Source of the DNA: Macrostomum lignano
Taxonomy: Eukaryota
Assembly (NCBI GenBank): GCA_002269645.1
Contig: NIVC01000659.1
Coordinates: forward strand, 310,001-374,000
Length of the DNA stretch: 64,000 nt
Direction: 5' to 3'
The translations under genes and the position numbers were made by a program. The stretch's first letter is position 1. Each line of letters begins with the position of its first letter. Under the pieces are notes generated by a model. The model saw nothing but the letters and a program-made list of their open reading frames with translations, was not told the DNA's origin and made no database searches. Shown here one piece after another: positions 11,115 to 46,214 of this stretch.

Positions 11115-11979
11115 TTTCCTTGGTTCTTAGACTGATGCAGACTGCAGTGAAGCTGAAGATACACAAATTCCTTTCAGGGCTACAAATTGGCAATAAAGAT
11201 GACATAATCAAGCCTGAGAACAACCATGAGAGTAGTATGTCCCACAAACTGGCTTTCCAAGCAGGGATGGGCAGACTTTTACCACAAGGGCCAGATAAAG
11301 AATCTAGCTCATAGCTGAGGGGCAGATGAAAGTGGAATGAAATGAGGGGGTGAGGACGATGAGAGAGGGGGAAAAGAGGAGAAGCGAGATGAGAGAGGAG
11401 AGAGTAGAGAGAGAGAAGAGAGCTGCAGATAAGAGGAGAGAGATGAGAGAGTAAAGGGAAGAAGAAAGAGATAAGGTGGTAGAGATAAGAGAGGTGTAAA
11501 GAGAGATGAGAGATGAAGGAGGAGAAATGAAAGTGGAGAGAGAAAACAGGAGGCAAGTGGTAGAGAGTACAGAAGAAGGCAGAGAAAAGAAGAAAGGAGA
11601 AAGAAGGAGAAAGTCTTTGTTGTTTGGCAAATTAAACCTAAGAGCTTTGAAACTAAAATAAGCTTTATTTCACCAAGTAAACAAATTTACTCATCTGTTC
11701 GTTTACATCTATTGCTGCCCTTTCTTCAAGTGCACATATGTGACATTTACATAGATAGAACAAATACCTCAAATAAAATAATTGCATTCTGGTCTATCAA
11801 AATATTCTGCTAAAATAAGTGCCTGCAGCGCCAAAATATGTGCTGACAAAACGATTATCAAATAATGTTAAAATGATAAACATTTTGCAGATTTCCTCAA
11901 CAGTAAGCTCCGAGGCAATCCAGCGCCAATTCCAGCTGAGTCAATTGGCCAAGGATTTGTTGCTAAGCGCACAATCGGC

Positions 11980-12617
11980 ATGTCGTCAGTATTCCTTGAA
12001 AAAATCCCTCTACCAGACTTCTCAACTTACGTATTGAGCAGCCTTACACTGTTAGGCGCGGCTGTTTATCACGTGCAGCGGCGCTATTTAGATTTGGCAC
12101 TGCAGGCCCGCTTGCTAGTTGGTATGCTGCTACTGCTGGTTAGCGCTGACAGTGGCCAACGGCTGCGCAGTCAGGTAGTTGAGCACCGGCATCGGGAGCT
12201 GGTCTGTCCGGCTGTTGGCGCCAAGTTTGGCGTCTGTCCAGCGGCATCGAACGCCAATCTCACCTATCGCCTGTTGGTTAATGCCACGTCCGAGTCGCTA
12301 TTTGACGAAGTTGTCACCGCATTAAATGAAGAGCCTTGGTGCTTTTGGACTGTGATTAATACGATCTACTGTCTGTTAGTGCTGCTGGGCAAGACTATAC
12401 AAAATACAGTTTTTGGCGAGCTGCGCGTCATGGAGCAGGACCATATTAGGGACAAATTTTGGAACTTCGTGTTCTACAAGTTTATCTTTATATTCGGCAT
12501 ACTTAATGTGCAATCGCTGTACCAGGTAAGCCCTGTTCTGTCTGTCTGGGTTTGTCTGTCTGACTGACTGTCTGTCTGGGTCTGTCTGTCTGTCTGACTG
12601 TCTGTCTGTCTGTCTTG

Positions 12618-12655
<38 letters not shown>

Positions 12656-12737
12656 CTGTCTGTCTCTCTGTCCATCTGTCTATCTGTCTGTCTGTCTTTC
12701 CGTCTGTCTGTCTGTCTGTCTGTCTGCCTGTCTTTCC

Positions 12738-12773
<36 letters not shown>

Positions 12774-12797
12774 GCCTGTCTTTCCGTCTGTCTGTCC

Positions 12798-12831
<34 letters not shown>

Positions 12832-12879
12832 ATGTCTGTCCTTCTGTCTGTCTGTCTGCCTGTCTTTCCGTCTGTCTGG

Positions 12880-12917
<38 letters not shown>

Positions 12918-15900
12918 ATGTCTGTCCTTCTGTCTGTCTGTCTGCCTGTCATTCCGTCTGTCTGTCTGGGTCTGTCTGTCCGTCTGTCTGTTTGTCTGAC
13001 TGTCTTTCTGTCTGTCTGTCTGACTGTCTGCCTGTTTGTCTGTCTGTCTGTCTGCCTGTATCTGTCTGTCTGTCTGTCTGTCTGCCTGTCTACCTTTCTG
13101 TCTGCGCTTGTCTGTCTTTCTGTCTGTCTCTGTACTCATTGGATACATCAGTGCATAATTTTTATAATAAAACCATTAGCAGCTTAAACTAAACAGATCT
13201 ATAGCGGTTAATTTTAGGTATATTAAATGCATATGAAAAGCATAGCATATGCAGCTGTTAATTGCTATATAGATAAACTCCATTCTGCCATTATAACTAG
13301 TGCAGTGCAGCCCTAGCTAGACTAGTTATGCAAAACTCTTGCATTATTGTATAATCTACGTTAACGTGTTTGAACTTCTCACGGCTTCGTGATAAGTCAG
13401 TCGTGATAAACATTTTAGCTCAATATTATGTTGCTATATTAATATTGTATTATGGCTGGCTTGAAAAGCGATTTAATCTGTCAGCAGGAGGACCGCTGCA
13501 AGGTCATCGTTAGTGAAATTTGCTTTGCAAGTCTACAATTTATAGTTATTGGAATTGGATAAACAGTGTGCCATACGATGACGTAATGACATGTTTTTAC
13601 TTATGGGCTAGATATTTTTGTATAAACAATGGTGCAAAATCAAGGACCAGTGTACTTATTTCTTAGATAGATTACCTGGATAAGTATGAGATGAAGGGAG
13701 TTAGATTCCCTACAAAAGTATGAGTTAAAGGTAGGTAGACTCCCTGCAAGAGTATGAGATGAAGGGAGGTAGATTCCCTGCAAAAGTACACAATGAAGGG
13801 AGTTAGATTCCCTGAATAAGTATGAGATAAAGGGAGTTAGATTCCCTACAAAGTATGAGTTAAAGGTAGGTAGACTCCCTGCAAAAGTATGAGATGAAGG
13901 GAGGTAGATTCCCTGCAAAAGTACACAATGAAGGGAGGTAGATTCCCTGCAAAAGTATGAGATGAAGGGAGTTAGATTCCCTACAAAAGTATGAGTTGAA
14001 GGTAGGTAGATTCCCTGAAAAAATGAGATGAAGAGAGGTAGATTCCCTGCAAAAGTGTGAGATGAAGGGAGGTAGATTCCCTGCAAAAATATAAGATAAA
14101 GACAGGTAGACTCTCTGCAAAAGTATGAGATGAAGGGAGATAGGTTCCTGCAAAAGCATGAGATGAAGGGTTAGATTCCATGAAAGTATGAAATGAAGGG
14201 AGGGATATTGTGTGTGAGAAAAGAAGTGTGTTTGAACAATAAATGTCATATAAATTATAGTTGAGTTGCTCATCAGCCCTAATATATTTCGCTATCTAAA
14301 CAAACAGGTGCTGCTGTGGTCGGGCTGGTACAGCATCCTTGGCTTCTTGCACCTGCTGACCCACCTGACCAAGGACCGGCTGGACTATTTAATGAACGCG
14401 GCAGTCAGCAAGCCGCCGTTGAAAATCCGTATTAAAATGCTGACTCTGCTAGCCTGCGTGCTATCCGTATGCGCCTGTCTGTCCGGCCTCTCCGTGTACA
14501 TCGGCCTGCACACGTCCGCTCACTTTATGCTTTTCATGCTGGCCGAACTGGCTATGCTGGCCGCATCCACCGGCCACGTCTGTGTCCGGTTTCTGCACCA
14601 CCTGACTAGACAGGACTCGGCCTCTAATGCGCCTTCTTCATCGCCTCTCCGGTCCAGCTTCTCTTATCACATTGATCTGGGGTTCGATTGTGCCGCTATG
14701 CTGTTGGACGGCTGTCACAATTTGCATATGCTGCTATGGAGCAATTTCACTCTGTCCATTGCTAATCTGGTCATCTTTATGCAGCTCAGGTATCTTTATT
14801 ATCAGCTGTGCGACCGTTGGTATCGGCATTTGAGGTGAGGCCTTGCTTTTGCGCTTTGTGCGCTTTTCAAGGTTAATGGCTCCTTGTTCAGATCCTCAGT
14901 TGCTGGGCCAGCCTCCCAGATCCTCAGTTGCTGAGCCAGCCTCCCAGATCCTCAGTTGCTGGGCCAGCCTCCCAGATCCTCAGTTGCTGGGCCATTAGCC
15001 TCCCAGATCCTTATTTGCTGGGCCAGTCTTCCAGATCCTCAGTTGCTGGGCCAGCCTCCCAGATCCTCAGTTGCTGGGCCAGTCTCCCAGAGTGTCAGTG
15101 TCTGGACCAGCCTCCCAGATCCTCAGTTGCTGGGCCAGTCTCCCAGAGTGTCAGTGTCTGGACCAGCCTCCCAGATCCTCAGTTGCTGGGCCAGTCTCCC
15201 AGAGTGTCAGTGTCTGGACCAGCCTCCCAGATCCTCAGTTGCTGGGCCAGTCTCCCAGAGTGTCAGTTTCTGGACCAGCCTCCCAGATCCTCAGTTGCTG
15301 GGCCAACACCATTCCAGATCGCAAATCTTTTTTTGAATCGCGCAGGAAATAAAAGTCCTTTTGATGGGTTTTTTCGTCGGGCCGCTCTGTCTTCTATTCA
15401 GCTCTTTATGTCGGTCTTGATGCTTCGAAGTGGGGAATTCCGAGTTCTTTTTTATCATGTTTTTATTATATCGAAGTTGCGCAGTCGAACTGCAAAACTG
15501 CAAAATATCTTTGACCAATACTAGCGTAAGGACAATAAAGGTCAAGGTGAACTCCCTTTTCCCCTTCACTTCCAGGTACCGCCTAGTCCACTGCCTCATT
15601 AGCAGCGTGTGCAGCCCCTACACGGTCACTGACAGCTCGTCACAGCAGGAGCCGGAGCTCTGCCCGATCTGCTGGGACCCCCTGGCCGCTGGCAGCAGCC
15701 GCCTGCCCTGCCGGCACGCATTCCACTCCGATTGTCTGGGCCTCTGGCTCGAGCAGGAGCTGGCCTGTCCAACCTGTCGACGCCCAGTGTCGACGCCGGA
15801 GATGGCTAGCGGCGCCGCCGCCACCGCTGCCTCCACGACGAGCTCCGCTGAGACGTCAAACGGAGCCACAGCCGGCAGTAGCATTTCCAACGGCGCAGCG

Positions 15901-16380
15901 GCTTCATCGGCTTCGACGGCAGCGCAAGCAGCGTCAACGGTTGTCGCTTCCAGCTCCTTGTCGACTGCCACAGCGACAGCGGCATCGGCAGCGACAGTCT
16001 CATCGGCGTCGATGACGTCATCAAGCTCGGCGACGTCCCAGCGGCGACATCGCGACAAATCGATGGAGGCCCGACTGCGCGAACAGGCTGACGCTGTCAG
16101 GCAGATTTTCCCGCACGTGTCCAGCCTGGCCATTGTTGAGGATCTGCGCATCAGCGGCAGTCCGGACGCCACCATAGCCAACATTCTGGAGGGCCGAGTT
16201 GTCGGCTCGGCCGGGCCGCATGTGCCGCACGGTCCGCAGGATTTCTTCTCGGACGATTTCGGCAGCAACAGCGGCGACCAGTACGACGGCGGGCTGTCCG
16301 GGCTGGAGCAGCGGCGGCGCATGCTGGCCAGAGCGGCCAGGCGGGAGTACTTTAACTCGGCCGCTTCTTCGGCGAGATGA
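11980..16380 (+). CDS. AMFR: E3 ubiquitin-protein ligase AMFR/gp78-like (TM region, RING-H2, CUE, G2BR/VIM-like helix), 625 aa
   Basis: Exons 11980-12525, 14308-14834 and 15576-16380, with GT-AG introns in consistent phase (0, 2). Motifs FGELRV..DKFWNFVFYKFIFIFGILNVQ, NLVIFMQLRYL, CPICW..LPCRHAFHSDCLGLWLEQELACPTC and CUE-like QIFPHVSSLAIVEDLRISGS match vertebrate gp78 as recalled. Confidence 0.92.
12535..13133. repeat. (TCTG)n microsatellite, AMFR intron 1
   Basis: Direct inspection. Confidence 0.95.
13655..14200. repeat. ~34-bp minisatellite (gtatgagatgaagggaggtagattccctgcaaaa), AMFR intron 1
   Basis: About 16 variant copies. Confidence 0.9.
14889..15305. repeat. 28-bp minisatellite (cctcccagatcctcagttgctgggccag), AMFR intron 2
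   Basis: Same unit family as at 27867-27897 and 54620-55830. Confidence 0.9.
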
Positions 16381-16514
16381 ATTTGAGTCGCTATGGACTG
16401 TGGTATTCATTATTGCTGTATGTCAAACCATCAGTACCTCTGGTTATGAGGAGTCTCAAATCAATATTGTGGGGATATGTACTTATGTATTCTCCAAATT
16501 TACCATGTGGTAAT

Positions 16515-16900
16515 CTGTAGTGTGAGATATCACAGTTTGGGATCTGCAGTGTAAAATATCCCAGTTTAGGGATCTGCAGTGTTAAATGTCCCAGTTTGGG
16601 GATCTGCAGTGTGAAATATCCCAGTTTGGGGATCTACAGTGTGAAATATCCCAGTTTGGGGATCTACAGTGTGAAATATCCCAGTTTGGGGATCTACAGT
16701 GTGAAATATCTCAGTTTGGGGATCTTCAGAGTGAAATATTCCAGTTTGGGGATCTTCAGAGTGAAATATTCCAGTTTGGGGATCTTCAGAGTGAAATATT
16801 CCAGCTTGGGGATCTTCAGAGTGAAATATTCCAGCTTGGGGATCTGTAGTGTGAAATATCCCAGTTTAGGGATCTGCAGTGTGGAATAAGTGTGAAATAT
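16515..16900. repeat. 30-bp minisatellite (gtgaaatatcccagtttggggatctacagt)
   Basis: About 12 copies downstream of the AMFR stop codon. Confidence 0.9.
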
Positions 16901-17479
16901 CCCAAATCAACAACGTTAGAATCTGCATTACGCAATCCCCAAGTGCACTTTTATTTATTTTGGCATTAGTACGTGTACAAGTAATTATTCATTGACCCCA
17001 TAACACACGATATTGCAAAAATTTTCCTAATATTGTTCAATTCATTCTGTTTTGCTGTGCTGGCAGTAACACAAGAGTAAAAATAATGCTTCAAATGTTT
17101 TTTGTTCATTTATTTCTTTATTTATACGTTTACTAAACGTTGTAACCGTAACTATGCATAGTTTACGTTGCAAGCTTTTAGCAATACATTTTGTATCAAA
17201 TCTATTTTTTTATGCATTGAATATCACCAAAATCTCAGACTTTAACTCTAAATAGTAGGTACTTAAATTTTCCGCTGTCTTGCGGGACTTTAGAGTTGCT
17301 TTTGTTATTCCAATGATTCTGTATGGATATTTTCAGCCTTAAAGCTTTGTGTGTTGATGCATTCTGGGGTAAATGATATGCAAAGTGATTTTGTCTTTTG
17401 ATTTTAGCTTTGTTTTTCGGCGGATTAGTTTGTTTTATTAAACTCACCCTTTGACGATTGCCGCGATAGAACTCTTAGG

Positions 17480-17985
17480 TAATGATTATTCTGATTATCG
17501 AGCGGCAGCCGCAATAAACTCATTGACTGTGTGATGATTATTCTGAGTAGCGAGCGACAGCCGCAATAAACTCATTGGCTGTGTGATGATTATTCTGATT
17601 AGCGAGCGGCAGCCGCAATAAACTCATTGGCTGTGTGATGATTATTCTGATTAGCGAGCGGCAGCCGCAATAAACTCATTGGCTGTGTGATGATTATTCT
17701 GATTAGCGAGCGGCAGCCGCAATAAACTCATTGGCTGTGTGATGATTATTCTGATTAGCGAGCGGCAGCCGCAATAAACTCATTGGCTGTGTGATGATTA
17801 TTCTGATTAGCGAGCGGCAGCCGCAATAAACTCATTGGCTGTGTGATGATTATTCTGATTAGCGAGCGGCAGCCGCAATAAACTCATTGGCTGTGTGATG
17901 ATTATTCTGATTAGCGAGCGACAGCCGCAATAAACTCATTGGCTGTGTGATGATTATTCTAATTTGCAAGCGGCAGTCGCCATAA
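17480..17985. repeat. 52-bp minisatellite
   Basis: gattattctgattagcgagcggcagccgcaataaactcattggctgtgtgat, about 9-10 copies. Confidence 0.92.
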
Positions 17986-18439
17986 ACATTTGACGATTGA
18001 TTGGTAATTATAAATTCGCGGTTATTCATAAGGGGGGTTTGAATATTTAAATTAAAAATCATTTATTCGTTGATTGTCCGTGACTTAACTTTAATTAGTC
18101 CTTCAGTGCTTGCTGTTACTCGTACTTAATCGTACCTTGTTTTTTCTACAGTAGACAGAATCCAATTCCGTGTAAGATACTACTTTAAAAGTAGATATTG
18201 CTGTTTTGTTTTGCGTTGTGGTTTTTATCATTTAGTCGACTCATTCACACTTGGTTCAGGTGTAAAACTATTTTGTCATATTGTCAGAATTATATTTTTT
18301 GTCTTAACAAGAACATTGAATAAATTTTACGATTTTGAAATAAAATGTAAATGTTTACCTTATGTATGCGAGAAAACATTCATAAAAATAGATAATTTCT
18401 ATGGTCATTGAAAGAAGTTCCATCACTTTGTTTGCCGCC

Positions 18440-39021
<20,582 letters not shown>

Positions 39022-39624
39022 GCTTGTCTCAAGTCATAAACTGTACTCGTACTCGTATAACACTTTAGCACTTGATTTTTAATCTGCCTGTAAAACTGAT
39101 GCTTCAACAGATGTAGATTCAAACGATGAAAATTTGTTTTGTAAACAGATTTTTTATATTATTGTGAACAGGGCTCAGACTCATGAGGGAGGGGGTAGAC
39201 TTGCTCTGAGCACTTCTATAGTCCTACCTAGTCTACTGCTTGAGTAAGGTTTGCTAACTCTGATGAAGATGAAGACAGCTTTTCTACTTGGTTACTATCT
39301 TCTCTTAGTCTTGAATATGCGGCATCACTACTGCAGCACTACCGACTGTCTCTTCTTTTGCGTTGGAAGTTGCAGATTAATAGAGGCTCAGGTGTAAGCT
39401 CAGGCGGTGGGGGCTCGCCAACTCAAAACTCTGCCCCCCCCCCCCGAGCGCACACACTTCCGACTGACTAGGGAGGGGGGATGGAGAGTGAGACAATGGC
39501 CCAGTCTCACAAGTTTCCTGTCTCTGCGAGACTGAGGGCAGGCAATTTGACGAAAAAAAACTAATTTCGATAAAAAAAGCTACCATAGTCCCAGTTTTAT
39601 GAAGTTTGAGACTTAATTAGCCTG

Positions 39625-39892
39625 TCAGTTAGTCAGTCAGTCAGTCAGTCAGTCAGTCAGTCAGTCAGTCAGTCAGTCAGTCAGTCAGTCAGTCAGTCAG
39701 TCAGTCAGTCAGTCAGTCAGTCAGTCAGTCAGTCAGTCAGTCAGTCAGTCAGTCAGTCAGTCAGTCAGTCAGTCAGTCAGTCAGTCAGTCAGTCAGTCAG
39801 TCAGTCAGTCAGTCAGTCAGTCAGTCAGTCAGTCAGTCAGTCAGTCAGTCAGTCAATCAGTCAGTCAGTCAGTCAGTCAGTCAGTCAGTCAG
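39625..39892. repeat. (GTCA)n microsatellite
   Basis: Direct inspection. Confidence 0.97.
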
Positions 39893-40344
39893 ATCACACA
39901 GATAAACCCTCAGTGGTATCAGTTAGCCGAACTGCCGAGTATTGGAATGCAAAGAATTCATTACGGCGCTGTTGCTGGGCGGGCGACGTCCGTCATTCCC
40001 CATTGATTGCATCCTGGAGCCGCATTCCCCTATCCGTTAAGGGAGCGGCTCAAACGCGTGGACAGAATTATCTCCAGTGAGATCTGGCATCGGCAGGAAT
40101 AACGGGGAGGGGCCGTGGCTCGATCTCCAAGCTTGATTGAGGAAGCGAAACAGACGGTAATTCTTGTTTATCAGCTCCCCGCGTTGCCGGGAATTGCGTT
40201 TTTGGACTCTTTCTCGATGTAAGGATGAAGAAATTCTCCAAAACTGCTGTTTGTTGTCGGTCTGCATGCTTGCCAACTATTCTGACTCAGTTAATCTTGC
40301 ATGAATAGTGTGCTCTGGTCCTCGAATGTACTGAAAGAGTGCGA

Positions 40345-41100
40345 TTATGTGTACGCAGTGTCCACCCGTCTGTGCTCATCTTGTGTTCATAATGGTCATA
40401 ATGTCCACTGCTACTCGTATTATGTTCATATTGTCCAATTTCACTCATTTTATGTTCGTATTGTCCAATTTCACTCATTTTATGTTCATATTGTCCAATT
40501 TCACTCATTTTATGTTCATATTGTCCAATTTCACTCATTTTATGTTCATGTTGTCCAATTTCACTCATTTTATGTTCATCTTGTCCAATTTCACTCATTT
40601 TATGTTCATATTGTCCAATTTCACTCATTTTATGTTCATCTTGCCCAATTTCACTCATTTTATGTTCATATTGTCCACTTTCACTCATTTAATGTTCGTA
40701 ATGTCAACTTTCGCTCATTTTATGTTCCTAGTGTCTTCGTCTACTCATTTTATGTTCATAATTTCTACTCATATTCTGTTCATAATGTCCACTTCAACTC
40801 ATTTTATGTTCATAATGTTCACTTTCGCTCATTTTTTGTTCAAAATGTCCACATCTACTTATTCTATGTACATAATATCCACCCGTCTATACACACCTTG
40901 TATTAATAATGGTCATAATGTCCACTTTCCCTCATATTATGTTCATAATGTCCACTTTCCCTCATTTTATGTTCATAATGTCCACTTTCCCTCATTTTAT
41001 GTTCATAATGTCTACTTCCACTCATTTTATGTTCCTAATGTTTTCCTCTACCGTTTTTTGTTTATAATGTCCACTTTCGTTCATTTTTTGTTAAAAATGT
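40345..41100. repeat. 30-bp minisatellite (tcactcattttatgttcatattgtccaatt)
   Basis: Direct inspection; degenerate edges. Confidence 0.9.
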
Positions 41101-41959
41101 TCACCTGAACTAGTTTTATGCTTATAGCGAGTTTCACTTTCACTCATTTTAGATTCGTGATTTCTGTCACTACTCATTATTCGAATATTATTGTCTGTAC
41201 TCCTATTGTATCCATAAGTGTCCATATTTATATTCTATGTCAGCATCTAATAAACTTGTGTCAACAATGTCCTATTCTAATCATTGTGTCCACATCTTTG
41301 ACTGAGTTATAAATCTCCCAGCTCAATAGCATCTCCATCGCTCCTCTTCATCCATCATCTCCACATTATTAATTATTGAAGCAATTCTGTCTGTCTTCTA
41401 ATCTATCAACTAATCAGCCCCATCATCTACATCTCCAGAATCTAAGTTCATCATTTTCCTGTAGGATTTTTTAATAAGAAAAATTGCCTCTCTGTCTATC
41501 AGGCCCCATCATTAAACATTGAAAATGCCAGAGCTATATGCATGCACTGTCATTAAACAGCATTGCATGAGAGGATATTTAGACAGATCAGGTGCGTCTC
41601 TGAGAGCTCAGGTGTCCAGCATCTCGGAATTCCAGCAATGTTGCGGCCCCATCGGTCGGTCATTTATTATGCGCAATGCAAAGAAGAAGACAAAAAACGA
41701 CTGAAGAATATTCAGAATTTCACTTTCATCAAAAAAAGATCCGATCGTCTGTTGAGCAGAGGGGTCCTCAGGACTTCTTAATATTGGAATTCTCAGGCTC
41801 GCATTTTCAGCTAAGGCCAATTAGGCTTTGCTAACAATTGGTAAAATGTTAATTATGGTATTATGAAAATGAGCTGGTTAAAATGTCGGTGGAAATATTC
41901 GAACAGATTTAGGGACTTTTTGCCAATTAGCAAAAAGAGTAGCGGTGTAGTTTTGGTGC

Positions 41960-42440
41960 TATTGACAGCCTAGATTTGGCGCTTTTGACAGCCTAGATTC
42001 GGCGCTGTTGACAGCCTAGATTTGGCGCTGTTGACAGCCTAGATTTGGTGTTATTGACAGTCTAGATTTGGCGCTATTCACAGCCTAGATTTGGTGCTAT
42101 TCACAGCCTAGATTTGGTGCTATTCACAGCCTAGATTTGGTGCTCTTCACAGTCTAGATTTGGTGCTATTCACAGTCTAGATTTGGTGCTATTCACAGTC
42201 TAGATTTGGTGCTATTCACAGCCTAGATTTGGTGCTATTCACAGTCGAGATTTAGTGCTATTCACAGCCTAGATTTGGTGCTATTCACAGCCTAGATTTA
42301 GTGCTATTCACAGCCTAGATTTGGTGCTATTCACAGCCTAGATTTGGTGCTATTCACAGCCTAGATTTGGTGCTATTCACAGTCTAGATTTGGTGCTATT
42401 CACAGCCTAGATTTGGTGCTCTTCACAGCCTAGATTTGGC
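41960..42440. repeat. 23-bp minisatellite (cacagcctagatttggtgctatt)
   Basis: About 20 copies. Confidence 0.93.
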
Positions 42441-43817
42441 GCCATGGACAGCCTACTCAAAGTTTTGACGCAGCTGAAAATATTCATCACCATCCATGGA
42501 CGCTGTTTTATGAAACCTGGAATGGAGGTCATCATCAATCCTTGCTCATCTGGCGTCCTGTTGTCCAACTCTTCGATAATATTTTGGCCAATGATTCGAA
42601 ACTTAAGAGGAAAATATCCCAACAAGAGTGCGCGCGGACGTAGCTCGTAAAATCCCTATACTAGCTTAGCTGGTGCGTTGCCAACCAACCCACCAATAAA
42701 ACGATAATAAAATTGAGCGAAACTGGAAGGTGAACTCAACCATAAGTCTATCGGCCGCCAGCTTCCTGTGTTTAATTATCCGCAACCCCATCGTGGTGGC
42801 CCAAGCAAATTTTTGTTAGGCAAAGTGAAGGGGGCCCACAATGAAGGAGACTTCTTCAGAAAATTAATCCAACCCCATCCGTCAAGTGCGGGCTGGGGGG
42901 GGGGCAGGACCAGGGAGTTCTAAGCCCCAAGTGTCTGGATTGGAAACTTTTTTTTTGATTAATGGATTTCTAAGCTAAAACATCTGGACTGAAACTTTCA
43001 GATTTTCTTCAATGCACGGGCCTCTAGTAGATATCTGGACTGGAAATGGATTTATCTTTTCATTCATGGATCTTTAGTAGACACTTGGACTGGAAATTGA
43101 TTAATTTTATTCTTTTACAGATCCTGTTGACTAGGAATGGATTCTTCTTGTTCATTCATGGATCTCCAGTAGACATCTGGACTAGGAATAGATGAATTTT
43201 ATTCATGGATCCCTAGTAAGCACTTGGAATGGAAAGGGATGCTTCTTATTCATGGATCTCTAGTAGACATGTGCAATCAGTTTCCAATCCAACTAAGCCC
43301 AGTTTAGTACTCCTTGACTGGCGTGACTCAGCTCAGTCCAGATGCTTCAACTTCGTTCAGGATTTCAGGTACGCTGGACTTGGCCTCTTGACTGCGATAA
43401 TATTTGCTCGATTTATCCACGCTTCGGGGCCACCGCGAGTGGCTGAAGCCAAAGCTTCCGAAGTATTCCGGATCGATTCTTGTGCGCAATAAAAACTGAT
43501 TAATCCACTCCCGGCTGCATAATTAAAACAAGATTTATAGAAAATTTCTTTCTCTGAGGTTTTCACCTTAATTGGGTTATGACTCCCAGTCCAGAGGCTA
43601 ATCGAAGTCCTTGCGCGTATTAAAGTTATTCAAATTAGATAAACTGAGTGCATGAGATAAATTTCAATGCATGAGTATCTGAAGTTTCAGAATTGGGTGT
43701 CAATATTTCCTAGCTAAAATAATTTACCTCATTTATTGTCTGCCACTGTTTCCTAATGTCTCAGTGTCTCAGTGTCTTTTGTCTCAGTATCTTAATGGCT
43801 TTGTGTCTCTACGATCA

Positions 43818-44150
<333 letters not shown>

Positions 44151-44614
44151 CCGGAGCTCGGTCACCCCAGAGCCGCACTCTTCACTCACGCTCCGATGGC
44201 AGCGGACCTCTGCCCCCCTCCCCTGTCCAATCTGTGGTTTATCAGTCACGCCCAGCAATCTGCACTTTCAGAATTGTCACCTCTAGCCCCTACCGAGATT
44301 CACTGACTCGAACTTCGAATACGATCTAGTCTGCCTGCACTTTTATACGAGAATCCATCTCGAATTGACGATCTTCCTAAGAGCTAATTGTGCTCGACTA
44401 GCAACCTTCTATGTTTCTTGTTGCCCGTCTCTCTCTCGTTGAGTCTCATCTTCGCAAAAAAATCAATCAGAGAAGCGGAGAGGGGGGGGTAAATCAGATT
44501 AGCGAGACTCGAAACAAGTTTCCAATCAGATTTTCAATCCAGTTTAAAAGCCGTAGTGAAGGAAGGGCGGGGCTGCCTGAGTCCATTTTGATTAGAGACA
44601 ATGAGCTTGCTTGG

Positions 44615-45965
44615 ATGAGAGACTGTCAGATGAGAGACTGTCAGATGAGAGACTGTCAGATGAGAGACTGTCAGATGAGAGACTGTCAGATGAGAGACTG
44701 TCAGATGAGAGACTGTCAGATGAGAGACTGTCAGATGAGAGAGACTGTCAGATGAGAGACTGTCAGATGAGAGAGACTGTCAGATGAGAGACTGTCAGAT
44801 GAGAGAGACTGTCAGATGAGAGACTGTCAGATGAGAGACTGTCAGATGAGAGACTGTCAGATGAGAGACTGTCAGATGAGAGACTGTCAGATGAGAGAGA
44901 CTGTCAGATGAGAGACTGTCAGATGAGAGAGACTGTCAGATGAGAGACTGTCAGATGAGAGAGACTGTCAGATGAGAGACTGTCAGATGAGAGACTGTCA
45001 GATGAGAGACTGTCAGATGAGAGACTGTCAGATGAGAGACTGTCAGATGAGAGACTGTCAGATGAGAGACTGTCAGATGAGAGACTGTCAGATGAGAGAC
45101 TGTCAGATGAGAGACTGTCAGATGAGAGACTGTCAGATGAGAGACTGTCAGATGAGAGAGACTGTCAGATGAGAGACTGTCAGATGAGAGACTGTCAGAT
45201 GAGAGACTGTCAGATGAGAGACTGTCAGATGAGAGACTGTCAGATGAGAGACTGTCAGATGAGAGACTGTCAGATGAGAGACTGTCAGATGAGAGACTGT
45301 CAGATGAGAGACTGTCAGATGAGAGACTGTCAGATGAGAGACTGTCAGATAAGAGACTGTCAGATGAGAGAGACTGTCAGATGAGAGAGACTGTCAGATG
45401 AGAGAGACTGTCAGTTGAAAGACTGTCAGATGTCAGATGAGAGAGACTGTCAGATGAGAGACTGTCAGATGTCAGATGAGAGAGACTGTCAGATGAGAGA
45501 CTGTCAGATGAGAGACTGTCAGATGTCAGATGAGAGAGACTGTCAGATGAGAGAGACTGTCAGATGAGAGAGACTGTCAGATGAGAGAGACTGTCAGATG
45601 AGAGACTGTCAGATGAGAGACTGTCAGATGAGAGACTGTCAGAAGAGAGACTGTCAGATGAGAGAGACTGTCAGATGAGAGACTGTCAGATGAGAGAGAC
45701 TGTCAGATGAGAGACTGTCAGATGAGAGACTGTCAGATGAGAGACTGTCAGATGAGAGACTGTCAGATGAGAGACTGTCAGATGAGAGACTGTCAGATGT
45801 CAGATGAGAGAGACTGTCAGATGAGAGAGAATGTCAGATGAGATAGAATGTCAGATGAGAGACTGTCAGATGAGAGAGACCGTAAGATGAGAGAGACTGT
45901 CAGATGAGAGAGACTGTCAGATTAGAGAGACTGTCAGATTAGAGAGACTGTCAGATTAGAGAGAC
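44615..45965. repeat. 15-bp minisatellite (atgagagactgtcag) with 17-bp variants
   Basis: Direct inspection. Confidence 0.95.
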
Positions 45966-46214
45966 GGTATCTTTCATGCTTGGCGTTCTGTTTCCAAGCC
46001 TTGGAATTATAAATCGTAAAATGAGTCAAGCCATCAATTCTTATGGGTGAGGCATTCCAACGATCGCAGAACTTCCTGGGCAAGTATAAAATCGGTTCCA
46101 TTTAATCGTTTGTGCAGTTAAATTTTTCCAATTAAAAATGGCTTCAGCTCGAGATTAATTTCAACGAAATTCGAGTTCAAACTCTGAACGTTTATAAAAA
46201 TCGGTGAAACTTTT

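Noticed and set aside
17450-17999. 11-bp direct repeat tttgacgattg flanking the 52-bp array as a TSD
   Set aside because: Both copies follow taaac-like sequence belonging to degenerate array units, so they are better explained as array edges.
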